Shown here in pieces: positions 27,887 through 37,320 of a DNA stretch of 64,000 nucleotides. Position numbers and translations under genes: made by a program. Within the stretch, counting starts at the first letter, position 1. Each line of letters starts with the position of its first letter. The DNA comes from a virus: IMG/VR virus record IMGVR_UViG_3300046804_004738, positions 42,263 to 106,262 of that record. The stretch is one strand, 5' to 3'. Below the pieces are notes generated by a model. It was not told the origin of the DNA. It saw only the letters and a list, made by a program, of their open reading frames with translations, and searched no databases.

Positions 27887-27940
27887 TTTTAAAGAACAAT
27901 TCAATCTTTGTACTATACTGCCTAATGCTTTTACTGTCAA
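27887..27940 (-). promoter_or_regulatory. sigma70 promoter with boxA-like site
   Basis: TTGACA-17-TATAGT (27940-27912), then TGTTCTTTAAAA (27898-27887). Confidence 0.7.
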
Positions 27941-27943
27941 CTG

Positions 27944-28168
27944 TTAAACAAAGTCATCTGACCCAAAATACTCTGTTACTTTTTGCCTTGCCTCTTTTCT
28001 ATTAAGTGCAGGAATCTTTACAGTAGCAATATTATTTTTTATTTTAATGTTAAAAGGCACTATGCCATTTGGCAACCAATTATCTTCAACACGAACCTTA
28101 ACAGTAAACTCCTTAAGGCGCATTAGTCTTTCAATTACTTGTTGCGTAAGATCGGATGGGTTTGACAT
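27944..28168 (-). CDS. Hypothetical protein
   Basis: Start re-called to ATG 28168, outside the tRNA. Confidence 0.65.
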   Translation of the reverse strand: MSNPSDLTQQVIERLMRLKEFTVKVRVEDNWLPNGIVPFNIKIKNNIATVKIPALNRKEARQKVTEYFGSDDFV

Positions 28169-28180
28169 AATTAAATTAAT

Positions 28181-28255
28181 TGGTGCTGGCAGTAGGAATC
28201 GAACCCACAACCTACGGATTACAAATCCGTTGCTCTACCGTTGAGCCATGCCAGC
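28181..28255 (-). tRNA. tRNA-Thr(UGU)
   Basis: ACGGA-TT TGT AA-TCCGT. Confidence 0.92.
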
Positions 28256-28265
28256 GTATTCTGTA

Positions 28266-28427
28266 TTACTTATTCCTACTTGCTATTGCTCGTTCAATTT
28301 TACCTTTGTGCTTTGGTCTACAAGTTTCTAGCATTTTGGTAAGTTGTTCTACATTAAGAGGTCCTAATCTAATCTTACCTGTTTTTGTTTTCATTGGATC
28401 ACGTTTTGAATCTTTTTTTACACTCAT
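28266..28427 (-). CDS. 53-aa basic hypothetical protein (not in ORF track)
   Basis: MSVKKDSKRDPMKTKTGKIRLGPLN..., SD GAGGA. Confidence 0.6.
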   Translation of the reverse strand: MSVKKDSKRDPMKTKTGKIRLGPLNVEQLTKMLETCRPKHKGKIERAIASRNK

Positions 28428-28446
28428 ACAATCCTCATTATAAATT

Positions 28447-28522
28447 TGGCTGTCTAGGTAGGGATCGAACCTACGACAGGGTGATTAACAGTCACCTGCT
28501 CTACCGACTGAGCTACTAGACA
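28447..28522 (-). tRNA. tRNA-Asn(GUU)
   Basis: GGTGA-CT GTT AA-TCACC. Confidence 0.92.
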
Positions 28523-28530
28523 ATAAAACT

Positions 28531-28622
28531 TGGCGGAGCGTATTAGATTCGAACTAATGGTACACATTTCTGTATACGACGGTTTAGCAAACCGCTGCCT
28601 TCGACCTCTCGGCCAACGCTCC
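28531..28622 (-). tRNA. tRNA-Ser(GCU)
   Basis: TT GCT AA loop, long variable arm, G73. Confidence 0.92.
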
Positions 28623-28632
28623 TTATAAATAT

Positions 28633-28830
28633 TTACTTACTTACAATGTCCTCAACTTTTTTATCAAACTCTAACCGACTAAGCAATAGATTATATACTA
28701 AATAAAACATACCTGCAACTAACATTCCACCTAAAACATAAACTGGTAGCAAGTTGGCTAATGATGCAGATAGAATACACACAATAAAAAATCCAATTGT
28801 TTGTAACAATGCTTTTAATTTTATATTCAT
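28633..28830 (-). CDS. Small two-TM membrane protein
   Basis: Start re-called to ATG 28830, downstream of a promoter. Confidence 0.65.
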   Translation of the reverse strand: MNIKLKALLQTIGFFIVCILSASLANLLPVYVLGGMLVAGMFYLVYNLLLSRLEFDKKVEDIVSK

Positions 28831-28852
28831 GATATACCTTTCACAAAATATA

Positions 28853-28881
28853 ATTATACTACTAATAGGATTTATTGTCAA
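28853..28881 (-). promoter_or_regulatory. sigma70-type promoter
   Basis: TTGACA-ATAAATCCTATTAGTAG-TATAAT. Confidence 0.88.
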
Positions 28882-28896
28882 GTCTTAAAATGTTGT

Positions 28897-30042
28897 CTAA
28901 ATTTTAACTTTATCCAAAAATCCGTACATACTTTGTAATACGGTGTCCCAATCTCCTATTACTGGTTGACGAAATATTCTAGCACTATTATACCAAGGAT
29001 GCAAGCTAGTATCTAACAAATATCTCCAATCAACAGCAAAGTTATTCAGTGGAATCCATAATGGTTTTCCCATTGCACCTGCTAAATGTGCGATTGCAGT
29101 ATCTACACTTATTATTAAGTCTAAATGATACAGTAATCCTGCTGTATCTCCCCAATGTTTTATACTATTAGGAAACACTCGCAGGGGAGAATTAAGTATA
29201 TAAGGTGTTTCTTCTTCAGTTGCATCTGCTACTAAATTAATCCATTCAATATCAGGCCTAGCAAACACTAGAGATAGCATTTTAGATACATGCATTCCTT
29301 TGTGTTGATTAATCCAACTATCTTTTCTTCCACTCCAACATACACCAACACGCATTTTAGTTTTAGGACCTAATTTTTCACGCCACGGTTCAATATACTT
29401 TGGTATCGCTTCAATATATGGTCTGCTGTCTAAATTATCAAGTGTAATGTTTAATACCCTTGCGAGAGACATTGTAGTGATGTAATAATCAAAATCAGTT
29501 AAATCCTCACGATTGTGAGAGATTTGATATACATATGGATTGTTTTCAAACAGTTCAGGCATACCCATGTGTGTATGAAATAAAACTTTACCACCTAATT
29601 CATGTATGTTTTTAAAAAAACGAACAAATTGAATTGTATCCCCTAACCCTTGTTCCCATAGAACTAATAACTTTTTATTACGTAAGTCTTGTCCTTCCCA
29701 CATAGGTTTGCCTAACTGTGGCAGTGTGCCTGCAAGATGTTCGTATTGCCAACGCCATTCATATTGTTTGAAGCCTCTTTCAAAATCTCCAGCTAACAAA
29801 TATGCTACACTTAAATTAAATTGGGCGGTTACATAATTTTCATCTAATGCGACCGCGTGTTGTAAGAAAGGTATCGCACGTTTAGGTTCACCCATTTCAC
29901 GTAGTACGTTACCATAATTGTTCCATGCATGAATATTTGTTGGGTCTTTCGTAAAAGCCTGTGCATAACATTCTAAAGCCTTATCAGGCTCTGTGCTATT
30001 TCTGTAGTTGTTTCCTATATGTACTAATTCGTCTGATGTCAT
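28897..30042 (-). CDS. TPR-repeat protein with GT9-like glycosyltransferase domain
   Basis: N-terminal TPRs, EQGLGDTIQF and DLIISVDTAIAHLAGAMG motifs. Confidence 0.85.
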   Translation of the reverse strand: MTSDELVHIGNNYRNSTEPDKALECYAQAFTKDPTNIHAWNNYGNVLREMGEPKRAIPFLQHAVALDENYVTAQFNLSVAYLLAGDFERGFKQYEWRWQYEHLAGTLPQLGKPMWEGQDLRNKKLLVLWEQGLGDTIQFVRFFKNIHELGGKVLFHTHMGMPELFENNPYVYQISHNREDLTDFDYYITTMSLARVLNITLDNLDSRPYIEAIPKYIEPWREKLGPKTKMRVGVCWSGRKDSWINQHKGMHVSKMLSLVFARPDIEWINLVADATEEETPYILNSPLRVFPNSIKHWGDTAGLLYHLDLIISVDTAIAHLAGAMGKPLWIPLNNFAVDWRYLLDTSLHPWYNSARIFRQPVIGDWDTVLQSMYGFLDKVKI

Positions 30043-30050
30043 ATTTAATT

Positions 30051-30141
30051 TGGCGGAAGCGGACGGAGTCGAACCCTCAAGGCGCTATTAACGCTCAACT
30101 GTTTTCAAGACAGGTACCATCGCCATTTGGTTTGCGCTTCC
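30051..30141 (-). tRNA. tRNA-Ser(UGA)
   Basis: CT TGA AA loop, long variable arm, G73. Confidence 0.9.
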
Positions 30142-30367
30142 TTTTTATAATCATTGCTACATAAGTACCTGCAAATGCACCAAGCAATGCAGGAATTAAA
30201 AGGTATAAATCTTTTACAAAACTAACTAAAGCAAAACTATAAATTAACATTACAATCGCTGCAAGTGTACTGGCAATTAAAGGTTTATCTTCAGCAATAG
30301 CTTTGATATAATAGGTATTTACTATGTCAGTAAAGAACACCGCAAAAAATGTTAGTATATAGTTCAT
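30095..30367 (-). CDS. Small membrane protein
   Basis: Three hydrophobic helices. The 3' end runs into tRNA-Ser. Confidence 0.65.
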   Translation of the reverse strand: MNYILTFFAVFFTDIVNTYYIKAIAEDKPLIASTLAAIVMLIYSFALVSFVKDLYLLIPALLGAFAGTYVAMIIKRKRKPNGDGTCLENS

Positions 30368-30368
30368 A

Positions 30369-30443
30369 TGGTTAGTCCTGCAGGAATCGAACCTGCATCA
30401 TTGCAATCGGAATGCAGTATCTTATCCATTAGACGAAGGACTA
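30369..30443 (-). tRNA. tRNA-Arg(CCG)
   Basis: TGCA-TT CCG AT-TGCA, T-arm GCAGG-TTCGATT-CCTGC, CCA. Confidence 0.82.
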
Positions 30444-30658
30444 ATTTCTACTCTTTGTTGGTAGTATGGGTATGCTAGCACAAAATAGACATAATCTTTT
30501 TCGTCGTGAAAAAGTATATATCTTGAATTTTCGGACGTTTCAAATTTACAGTTAGGATGTTGTTCATGCCATTCAAATAATCTTTTTCTATGAAAGCGAA
30601 CTTTGGCTGTCATAGCAAAATACGGATATGATGTTTCACAAATTTCAACTGTAATCAT
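30422..30658 (-). CDS. Hypothetical protein
   Basis: 78-aa ORF. Stop lies inside tRNA-Arg(CCG). Confidence 0.5.
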   Translation of the reverse strand: MITVEICETSYPYFAMTAKVRFHRKRLFEWHEQHPNCKFETSENSRYILFHDEKDYVYFVLAYPYYQQRVEISPSSNG

Positions 30659-30662
30659 AAAT

Positions 30663-30738
30663 TGGAGCGGGTGATCAGGTTCGAACTGACGACATTTACC
30701 TTGGCAAGGTAACGCTCTACCAACTGAGCTACACCCGC
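30663..30738 (-). tRNA. tRNA-Gly(GCC)
   Basis: TTACC-TT GCC AA-GGTAA. Confidence 0.93.
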
Positions 30739-30746
30739 TTGAAACC

Positions 30747-32657
30747 TTAATTAGTTTCTTTTACTTCTGCATCTACTACTGTAGGATCACCGGGCTTTAC
30801 TTCAGCATTTGGATCACCATTTGGCATTTCTTTATTGCGTTTTTCTGCTTCATACTTAATAGTTTCACGATATAGTTCACCTAACTCCTCAGTGGCTTTA
30901 TCCATATCTTCTTTACTATCGCCTTTAGCAGTTTCTTTGTGTTTAGTTATTGCATCAACTAGTTTAGTTTTTTCATCTTCAGGAATATATCCTTCAAGAT
31001 TTGTAATTTGATTTTCTAAATTAGAAATGCTACCATCTAAACTATTTCTTGCCTGTACAAGTTCAACTATTTTTTTATCTTCTTCTGCATTGGCTTCTGC
31101 GTCTTTAACCATACGGTCAATTTCATCTTCGCTTAATCCAGAATTAGCCTTAATTGTAATTTGTTTTTCTTTATTGGTTTTCTTATCAACTGCCTTTACA
31201 GAAAGAATACCATTTGCATCAATATCAAACGTAACTTCAATTTGTGGCATTCCTCTTGGTGCTGGATCAATGCCTTCTAAATTAAACTCGCCTAATGCCT
31301 TGTTACCAACTACAACTTCACGCTCACCTTGGAAAACTTTAATAGTTACTGCAGGCTGATTATCATCTGCTGTACTGAAAGTTTGGCTTGCCTTAGTAGG
31401 AATCGTAGTATTCTTTTTAATCAGCTTACTCATTACTCCGCCTAATGTTTCAATACCAAGGCTCAATGGTGTAACATCAAGTAACAATACATCTTTACGA
31501 TCACCACCTAATACCTGACCTTGAATTGCGGCACCAACTGCAACTGCTTCATCAGGGTTTACATCTTTACGTGGTGCTTTGCCGAAAAACTTTTCAACAG
31601 CTTCTTGCACACGTGGCATACGTGTCATACCACCAACAAGAATAACTTCATCAATGTCATTTATATTGACACCTGCATCACGCATTGCAATTTCACATGG
31701 CTTAATACTACGTTGAATCAAATCTTCAACAAGCCCTTCAAATTTAGCACGTGTGATTTTAACATTCAAGTGTTTTGGTCCACTTGCATCCGCAGTAATG
31801 TATGGCAGACTTACATCTGTCTGTGTAGAACTTGACAATTCAATCTTTGCACGTTCTGCCGCATCTTTAAGTCTTTGTAATGCTAATACATCTTTGGTTA
31901 AATTAACTCCCGTTTCTTTTTTAAATTCTTCAACAAGGTAATCCATTATACGTTGATCGAAATCTTCACCACCTAAGAATGTATCGCCGTTGGTTGATAA
32001 AACTTCAAATTGTTTGTCACCTTCGACTTCTGCAAGATCAATAATAGACACATCAAAAGTACCACCCCCTAAGTCATAGACAGCAACCTTACGGTCCTTC
32101 TTGTCCTGTTTATCCACGCCGTATGCTAACGCGGCAGCTGTGGGTTCGTTAATAATACGCAATACTTCCAGACCGGCAATTTTGCCCGCGTCTTTAGTTG
32201 CTTGTCTTTGACTGTCATTAAAATACGCTGGTACTGTGATGACTGCTTGTGTAACTTCTTCACCTAAGAAATCTTCAGCGGTCTTTTTCATTTTACGAAG
32301 GACTTCAGCACTGATTTGTGGAGGTGCCAATTTCTTATCGTTTACCTCTACCCATGCATCACCATTGTCAGCTTTGATGATTTTGTATGGTATTAAATCT
32401 ATATCTTTTTGAACTGCTTCCTCAGTGAACTTACGACCAATAAGGCGCTTAGCAGCGTAAATTGTGTTTTTTGGATTAGTAATAGCCTGACGTTTAGCTG
32501 GAGCACCTACCATTATTTCACCATCATTTATGTATGCGATGATACTTGGGGTAGTTCTTGCACCCTCACTATTTTCTATTACTTTTGGATTTTTGCCATC
32601 TATGATAGCAACGCATGAATTTGTGGTACCCAAATCAATACCGATAATCTTTGACAT
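30747..32657 (-). CDS. dnaK: Chaperone DnaK (Hsp70)
   Basis: [44 protein letters not shown]. Confidence 0.98.
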   Translation of the reverse strand: MSKIIGIDLGTTNSCVAIIDGKNPKVIENSEGARTTPSIIAYINDGEIMVGAPAKRQAITNPKNTIYAAKRLIGRKFTEEAVQKDIDLIPYKIIKADNGDAWVEVNDKKLAPPQISAEVLRKMKKTAEDFLGEEVTQAVITVPAYFNDSQRQATKDAGKIAGLEVLRIINEPTAAALAYGVDKQDKKDRKVAVYDLGGGTFDVSIIDLAEVEGDKQFEVLSTNGDTFLGGEDFDQRIMDYLVEEFKKETGVNLTKDVLALQRLKDAAERAKIELSSSTQTDVSLPYITADASGPKHLNVKITRAKFEGLVEDLIQRSIKPCEIAMRDAGVNINDIDEVILVGGMTRMPRVQEAVEKFFGKAPRKDVNPDEAVAVGAAIQGQVLGGDRKDVLLLDVTPLSLGIETLGGVMSKLIKKNTTIPTKASQTFSTADDNQPAVTIKVFQGEREVVVGNKALGEFNLEGIDPAPRGMPQIEVTFDIDANGILSVKAVDKKTNKEKQITIKANSGLSEDEIDRMVKDAEANAEEDKKIVELVQARNSLDGSISNLENQITNLEGYIPEDEKTKLVDAITKHKETAKGDSKEDMDKATEELGELYRETIKYEAEKRNKEMPNGDPNAEVKPGDPTVVDAEVKETN

Positions 32658-32664
32658 AATTTTT

Positions 32665-32727
32665 TCTCCTTTAATAAGCAAGATTACTATCAGTGCCCAT
32701 TAGGCGCATCTGATATATATATTTATA
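32665..32727 (-). promoter_or_regulatory. T4-type late promoter and ROSE-like RNA thermometer upstream of dnaK
   Basis: TATAAATA (32727-32720), a hairpin, then TCTTGCT-TATTAA-AGGAGA pairing over the SD. Confidence 0.6.
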
Positions 32728-32761
32728 CATGTATTTCCGAAAAAAAACAACATAACTGGAT

Positions 32762-33448
32762 CTAATCCAAATACCCAAAACCCCAAATGCGTTCTTTGCA
32801 CCACCAACAACTACCACAATGACGATCATTTACAATAGTGCTTTCGCAGGATCTTGTGATTTTGTATAAATCTTCTATACCCAATTCTCTATATAGCAAA
32901 GCAATTTTTTGTTTGTTTATATTAATAAACGGAACATAATAAGATTGTGTAAACTGCGGGTAAGAAAACTCAGTGTCTTGAAAAAAATGCCAAGGTGCTT
33001 TGGACAAATCATCATAATATGTATCTAACACAAGTTTGTGATCTACACCACCTTGTGCGGCAACATTAGTTGTATCAAAATCAGTTATTGCATCGACTGG
33101 GGGAGGCCTTGTAAATCCAAAATACACAGTGTCAACTTTAACTGTTTGCATGTATTCAGCTAACATAACATTATCAGTTGTTTTATGTTTTGTCCAATGT
33201 GTGTAGAATCGTAGATTGTTAGGGTCAAATCCTGTCATGCCCATAACTTTATTAATTACTTTTAATGCATTAATAGGTTCACGATAATTACTTTTGCCAT
33301 TGGCAGCTGAAAAAATATGCAAAGGTTGATTAATATTAGACATCAACATGTACAACATTAAAGCACTATCGGCTCCGCCTGATACAAAAGCTCCTAAGTT
33401 GCCATCGTAAATATCAAATGTAAAATCGTTATATTGTATGTATTTCAT
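32762..33448 (-). CDS. QueC-like PP-loop ATPase
   Basis: SGGADS PP-loop and TRSC...HCGSCWWCKER zinc motif. Confidence 0.75.
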   Translation of the reverse strand: MKYIQYNDFTFDIYDGNLGAFVSGGADSALMLYMLMSNINQPLHIFSAANGKSNYREPINALKVINKVMGMTGFDPNNLRFYTHWTKHKTTDNVMLAEYMQTVKVDTVYFGFTRPPPVDAITDFDTTNVAAQGGVDHKLVLDTYYDDLSKAPWHFFQDTEFSYPQFTQSYYVPFININKQKIALLYRELGIEDLYKITRSCESTIVNDRHCGSCWWCKERIWGFGYLD

Positions 33449-33486
33449 AAAATTATTTAAATAGTAGTGTAACATTTAAGATATTT

Positions 33487-33561
33487 TGGTAGCAGGAGAG
33501 GGATTCGAACCCCCGATAGCTTCCGTATGAAGGAAGTGCATTACCACTTTGCTATCCTGCC
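33487..33561 (-). tRNA. tRNA-CAU (probably elongator Met)
   Basis: CTTCC-TT CAT AC-GGAAG, CCA. Confidence 0.85.
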
Positions 33562-33563
33562 AT

Positions 33564-33851
33564 TTAATCTTCGTCTTTATAAAATTTATCCTGTTTTAAT
33601 TTTTTTTCTTGGATCGTATCTTCTCCAAAAAATTTGCGGGGATTACCGCACATGTAACACTTTGGATCACCGCAATTAAAAATATTCATTTTTAAATTTC
33701 TATGCGGTTGTTTCATATTACGCCAGTTGTGCATTGCACTACTTAATTTGTGATATCCATAATTTTTCGCTAGTTGTAGTTGCTTTTTAATTCTATTTTC
33801 TTTTTGGTGTAGTCTTTCACTGTGCTTTTTCTTTACAACTTCATCTGACAT
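33564..33851 (-). CDS. Basic hypothetical protein with Cys motif
   Basis: CGDPKCYMCGNPR. SD GAGGAG. Confidence 0.75.
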   Translation of the reverse strand: MSDEVVKKKHSERLHQKENRIKKQLQLAKNYGYHKLSSAMHNWRNMKQPHRNLKMNIFNCGDPKCYMCGNPRKFFGEDTIQEKKLKQDKFYKDED

Positions 33852-33866
33852 AATTACTCCTCTTAT

Positions 33867-33944
33867 TGGTGGAGAGTCTAGGAATCGAACCTAGTTCAAC
33901 GGCTCTTCAAACCGTCGCTGAATGACCACACTAGCTCACTCTCC
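33867..33944 (-). tRNA. tRNA-Phe(GAA)
   Basis: ACGGT-TT GAA GA-GCCGT, CCA. Confidence 0.85.
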
Positions 33945-33964
33945 TATATATTTAAGTTTTTTTA

Positions 33965-34576
33965 TTAAGGTTTTTTATAAATTACAATTTTATGATTTGG
34001 CAATGGATAATCATATTCCACTAAGTTTTGAAATTTACTGTTTAAATACTTAAAAATGTCAAAATGATCATCAAACCATATTACACTTTTATCTTCACGC
34101 CAATCACCTGGCACCAATCTTTGTTTAAAATTATTAAGACAAACCAAATATCCGTTCAATTTTAAACTATTGTAAATATTTTCAATTTCTTCAATAGGAT
34201 TTTCAACATGTTGTAAAACAAATGATGCTATACATACATCAAAAACTTTAGTGTATGTTACTTTATTACATGTAACAAAATTTTTAGGATTATTTACGTA
34301 CTGAGTGGCATAGACTAGCATGTTAAGACTAATATCAGTACCGACAATTTTACAATTGAAATCATCAATAAGTTCTTTACTTACTCTTCCCATACCAACA
34401 CCAAAATCTAAAACAATGCTACTTTCATTTATTAGATTTTCTTTTTTTATAACGTCAACAAAATATTTTGTTGCTTCCGTAAACCTATTAGGATCATTAT
34501 CATCTGGTGTTAAAACAATATCTTTTGCATGTTCTAAACTTATAGGATCAAAAATTGCAGATTGATAACCTTTCAT
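33965..34576 (-). CDS. Class I SAM-dependent methyltransferase
   Basis: VLDFGVGMGR motif I, GTDIS, FVLQHV. Confidence 0.85.
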   Translation of the reverse strand: MKGYQSAIFDPISLEHAKDIVLTPDDNDPNRFTEATKYFVDVIKKENLINESSIVLDFGVGMGRVSKELIDDFNCKIVGTDISLNMLVYATQYVNNPKNFVTCNKVTYTKVFDVCIASFVLQHVENPIEEIENIYNSLKLNGYLVCLNNFKQRLVPGDWREDKSVIWFDDHFDIFKYLNSKFQNLVEYDYPLPNHKIVIYKKP

Positions 34577-34591
34577 ACTTTATTTATCCTT

Positions 34592-34668
34592 TGGGGTGAA
34601 GGATGGGACTCGAACCCACGACCAACGGAATCACAATCCGCGACTCTACCAACTGAGCTACCATCACC
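34592..34668 (-). tRNA. tRNA-His(GUG)
   Basis: TT GTG AT loop, G-1:C73. Confidence 0.92.
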
Positions 34669-34673
34669 ATAGA

Positions 34674-34853
34674 CTATTCTGCACGCCATTCAACACGACC
34701 ATGTTGGTCAATATGTGCTATACTCTGCATACGTTTAATCTCAACATAATCTCGTTTTTCAGTAATGATTGTTCCGCCTCGTTTTACAAGCTCATCAATC
34801 TTAATTAGTGCAACACTGCTAATTGGCATAAATTTTTTAAATGTGTACTCCAT
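34674..34853 (-). CDS. Hypothetical protein
   Basis: Start re-called to ATG 34853 after SD AAGGAG. Confidence 0.7.
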   Translation of the reverse strand: MEYTFKKFMPISSVALIKIDELVKRGGTIITEKRDYVEIKRMQSIAHIDQHGRVEWRAE

Positions 34854-34871
34854 TTTATATCTCCTTGTAAC

Positions 34872-34948
34872 TGGTACCCCAGGAAGGATTCGAACCTCCG
34901 ACTCCTGCGTTCGTAGCACAGTACTCTAGTCCACTGAGTTACTGGGGC
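34872..34948 (-). tRNA. tRNA-Arg(ACG)
   Basis: CTGTG-CT ACG AA-CGCAG. Confidence 0.92.
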
Positions 34949-36048
34949 ATAAATTTTATTTCTTTTGTATTAGCATTAGTTAGTCGCTGACCTTGCCACC
35001 ACCCTTTTTTCCATCCATCACGTAAAATTGCTTGAAGTAAAAAAGTACCAAATGTATGAGGTATGAATTGAGCATAAGGTCCCATATACATGTAACTCGT
35101 ATCTAATGACTTTGCAGTTGCCCAGTGTATTATCTGTATGATAATATTATTGTCTAGTACAACACCGATATGGTATGGATTACTTCCTATGTTTGAATGT
35201 TTTCCAAACGACAGTCCTAATTCATTTGCAACTTCTGTTAACCAATCATATATTTCACTAGCAAAAATTTCTTTATCTTGTTCAAACGGAATACCAATTT
35301 GCGAGGGTGATCTTACACAAAAATTATATGGCAATCTTCCCTGAGACTTTAACCAAATCATCTTTTCAACAGCATATCTTACTTGCTGTTTTGATTCTAC
35401 TGTAAAGCTTAATTGTGCAATCATTATACTTGATTCTGCAATATTTTGCAAGGCTTGGTCAACTTTTTTCCATACTGCTGCATTATGATACTCTGGATTG
35501 TGTATACTCATGCTTATCAAATTTAAACCAGAATCAACTAGTGATTGTAAATATTCTTTATCTCTAATTTTTAGACCATTAGTATACATCATGACTTTTG
35601 TTTTCGGAACAGCAGCTGGTCTATTACAAATTTCTTTAATAATATATGGTAAATCTTTTCGCATCGTAGGCTCTGCTCCCATAAAGCATACTGTTGATGT
35701 AGGTACAGCTAATGCTCTTGCGATGATTAACTCTGCTGGCAAATCCTCAATTTCGTTATCAGGCGAGTGATAACAATGTTTGCATTGTACATTACACCTA
35801 TCAGTAACTTCAATAATAGTAATATCATTGTAGGCGTTCCAAGTGTCATTAGTTGGATCAGTTTGTAACGCAGTATCCCAAAACTTATAATCTCTTTCTA
35901 CCATTGCCTCTTCATATCCATGAGTAGGACAAGTTTTAACAATATAGGCAGAGCCATCATCTCGGTATTCAATTGTTGCAGGCAATTCCATGTAGCACGT
36001 ACCGCATAATCCACGTGTTGTATAACTGTTTATCATTGATTTCTCCAT
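34939..36048 (-). CDS. Radical SAM enzyme with N-terminal CxxC...CxxHG cluster motif
   Basis: CNVQCKHC, GAEPT, YTNG. Confidence 0.88.
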   Translation of the reverse strand: MEKSMINSYTTRGLCGTCYMELPATIEYRDDGSAYIVKTCPTHGYEEAMVERDYKFWDTALQTDPTNDTWNAYNDITIIEVTDRCNVQCKHCYHSPDNEIEDLPAELIIARALAVPTSTVCFMGAEPTMRKDLPYIIKEICNRPAAVPKTKVMMYTNGLKIRDKEYLQSLVDSGLNLISMSIHNPEYHNAAVWKKVDQALQNIAESSIMIAQLSFTVESKQQVRYAVEKMIWLKSQGRLPYNFCVRSPSQIGIPFEQDKEIFASEIYDWLTEVANELGLSFGKHSNIGSNPYHIGVVLDNNIIIQIIHWATAKSLDTSYMYMGPYAQFIPHTFGTFLLQAILRDGWKKGWWQGQRLTNANTKEIKFMPQ

Positions 36049-36090
36049 TGAAGTAATATTTATATTATAAATATAACCTTACTTAACAAT

Positions 36091-36168
36091 TGGCTGGGGA
36101 CCTAGGATTCGAACCTAGGAATGCCGGAATCAAAATCCGGTGCCTTAGACCAACTTGGCGAGTCCCCA
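36091..36168 (-). tRNA. tRNA-Gln(UUG)
   Basis: CCGGA-TT TTG AT-TCCGG, U1-A72. Confidence 0.92.
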
Positions 36169-36169
36169 A

Positions 36170-36319
36170 TTAACTTGCTATAATCTTCGGAAGATATGGC
36201 ACATTCCTAGGACCATGTCTTTGTTCAAAAAGCATACGTGCTTCTTGTAAATCTTTTGCATACACCCTATCTTTTATTTCACCTTGAGGTGTTCTTACTG
36301 TAGTTTCAAACATTGGCAT
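36170..36319 (-). CDS. Small hypothetical protein
   Basis: MPMFETTVRTPQGE..., SD GGAG. Confidence 0.6.
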   Translation of the reverse strand: MPMFETTVRTPQGEIKDRVYAKDLQEARMLFEQRHGPRNVPYLPKIIAS

Positions 36320-36339
36320 AACAAACTCTCCAGAGGTAA

Positions 36340-36361
36340 GAAAAGGTAGCAACGCTACCCT
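36340..36361 (-). terminator. Terminator-like hairpin after pqqA
   Basis: GGTAGC-GTT-GCTACC-TTTTCT. Confidence 0.55.
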
Positions 36362-36392
36362 TTCACGCTACATGTAAATTGTAAATCAGCTA

Positions 36393-36464
36393 TTAGCGAT
36401 TTGCAATGTACATGGTGATTTCAAATCCAAAACGCATATCAGTTGCACTTGGTGTTGTCCACAT
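36393..36464 (-). CDS. pqqA: Pyrroloquinoline quinone precursor peptide PqqA (not in ORF track)
   Basis: MWTTPSATDMRFGFEITMYIANR, 23 aa with the PqqA W..P...R.GFE...Y (ExxxY) signature. SD AGAGGAG. Confidence 0.93.
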   Translation of the reverse strand: MWTTPSATDMRFGFEITMYIANR

Positions 36465-36592
36465 GTTACTCTCCTCTATTTAAAATATACATGTACTGCA
36501 CATGTATTTAAGAGAGTATACAACACAAAAATGGTACTGAATATACGCAATGTAATGAACGATAGCTAGTTAAAATCATTAAAATTACCATA

Positions 36593-36667
36593 TAGAAACA
36601 CATTCCTGGACTCTCGTAACAGCAGTCCATAGCCCCGGGCGCCATTATGTGTTTGAATGTGTTTTTA
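36593..36667 (-). ncRNA. Long-stem small RNA candidate
   Basis: AAACACATTC...GAATGTGTTT closing stem around two internal hairpins, directly 3' of tRNA-Lys. Confidence 0.45.
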
Positions 36668-36669
36668 TA

Positions 36670-36745
36670 TGGTAGGGGCACCAGGGATCGAACCTGGGAC
36701 ACATAGATTAAAAGTCTACTGCTCTGCCAACTGAGCTATACCCCC
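36670..36745 (-). tRNA. tRNA-Lys(UUU)
   Basis: GTAGA-CT TTT AA-TCTAT. Confidence 0.92.
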
Positions 36746-36772
36746 ATCATCTTTCGAGGTTTGTCACTTTCC

Positions 36773-36940
36773 TTATTCATCTTTTTCACCTTTATTTTTC
36801 ATACTTCTTGCCTTAGCATTTCTTTCTGAGGATCTAACAGCCTCACGAATAAAATGTCTACCGCGTTCTTTGTCGAAACAAAGGATAGCGATTGCCTTTT
36901 CTGCTTTTTTAATCTTTACTGCTCTTGCATCGTAACCCAT
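36773..36940 (-). CDS. Small basic hypothetical protein
   Basis: MGYDARAVK..., SD GGGAG. Confidence 0.65.
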   Translation of the reverse strand: MGYDARAVKIKKAEKAIAILCFDKERGRHFIREAVRSSERNAKARSMKNKGEKDE

Positions 36941-37028
36941 ATTATACTCCCTATTTAAAATTTCTGTCAATTAAAACTAGTAACCAAATAACTCCTATAC
37001 ACACTGCCATTGCCCCATTGTAGTTCTC

Positions 37029-37217
37029 CTATTTGTTGATTGAGGTTGAGAATTTCTCTGACTCAATTTCTAGTTGATCTGTTTTATCATTCATATTCTT
37101 AATGTCACTGACAATAGACGCTACAGTAGCCTTTTCATTTCTTAATTTGGCAAATTCAGCTTCATATTTTGCAAGAAGGTCTGAATTAACATGTTTACGA
37201 ATCCAATCAGTAGTCAT
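37029..37217 (-). CDS. Hypothetical protein
   Basis: TATAAATA 4 nt upstream of the ATG. Confidence 0.6.
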   Translation of the reverse strand: MTTDWIRKHVNSDLLAKYEAEFAKLRNEKATVASIVSDIKNMNDKTDQLEIESEKFSTSINK

Positions 37218-37232
37218 TCAATATTTATAATT

Positions 37233-37317
37233 TGGTGGGGATGGAAGGATTCGCACCTACTCACCCGAAGGAACGGATTTACAGTCCGCCGCCGCTCTCT
37301 AACTCAGCCGCATCCCC
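37233..37317 (-). tRNA. tRNA-Tyr(GUA)
   Basis: GCGGA-CT GTA AA-TCCGT, long variable arm, atypical T-loop TGCGAAT. Confidence 0.88.
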
Positions 37318-37320
37318 ATT

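Noticed and set aside
32689-32714. CIRCE element upstream of dnaK
   Set aside because: The inverted repeat does not match TTAGCACTC-N9-GAGTGCTAA.
34939-36048. Radical SAM near pqqA as PqqE
   Set aside because: It lacks the C-terminal SPASM cysteines of PqqE, has a different N-terminal Cys motif, and no pqqD is nearby.
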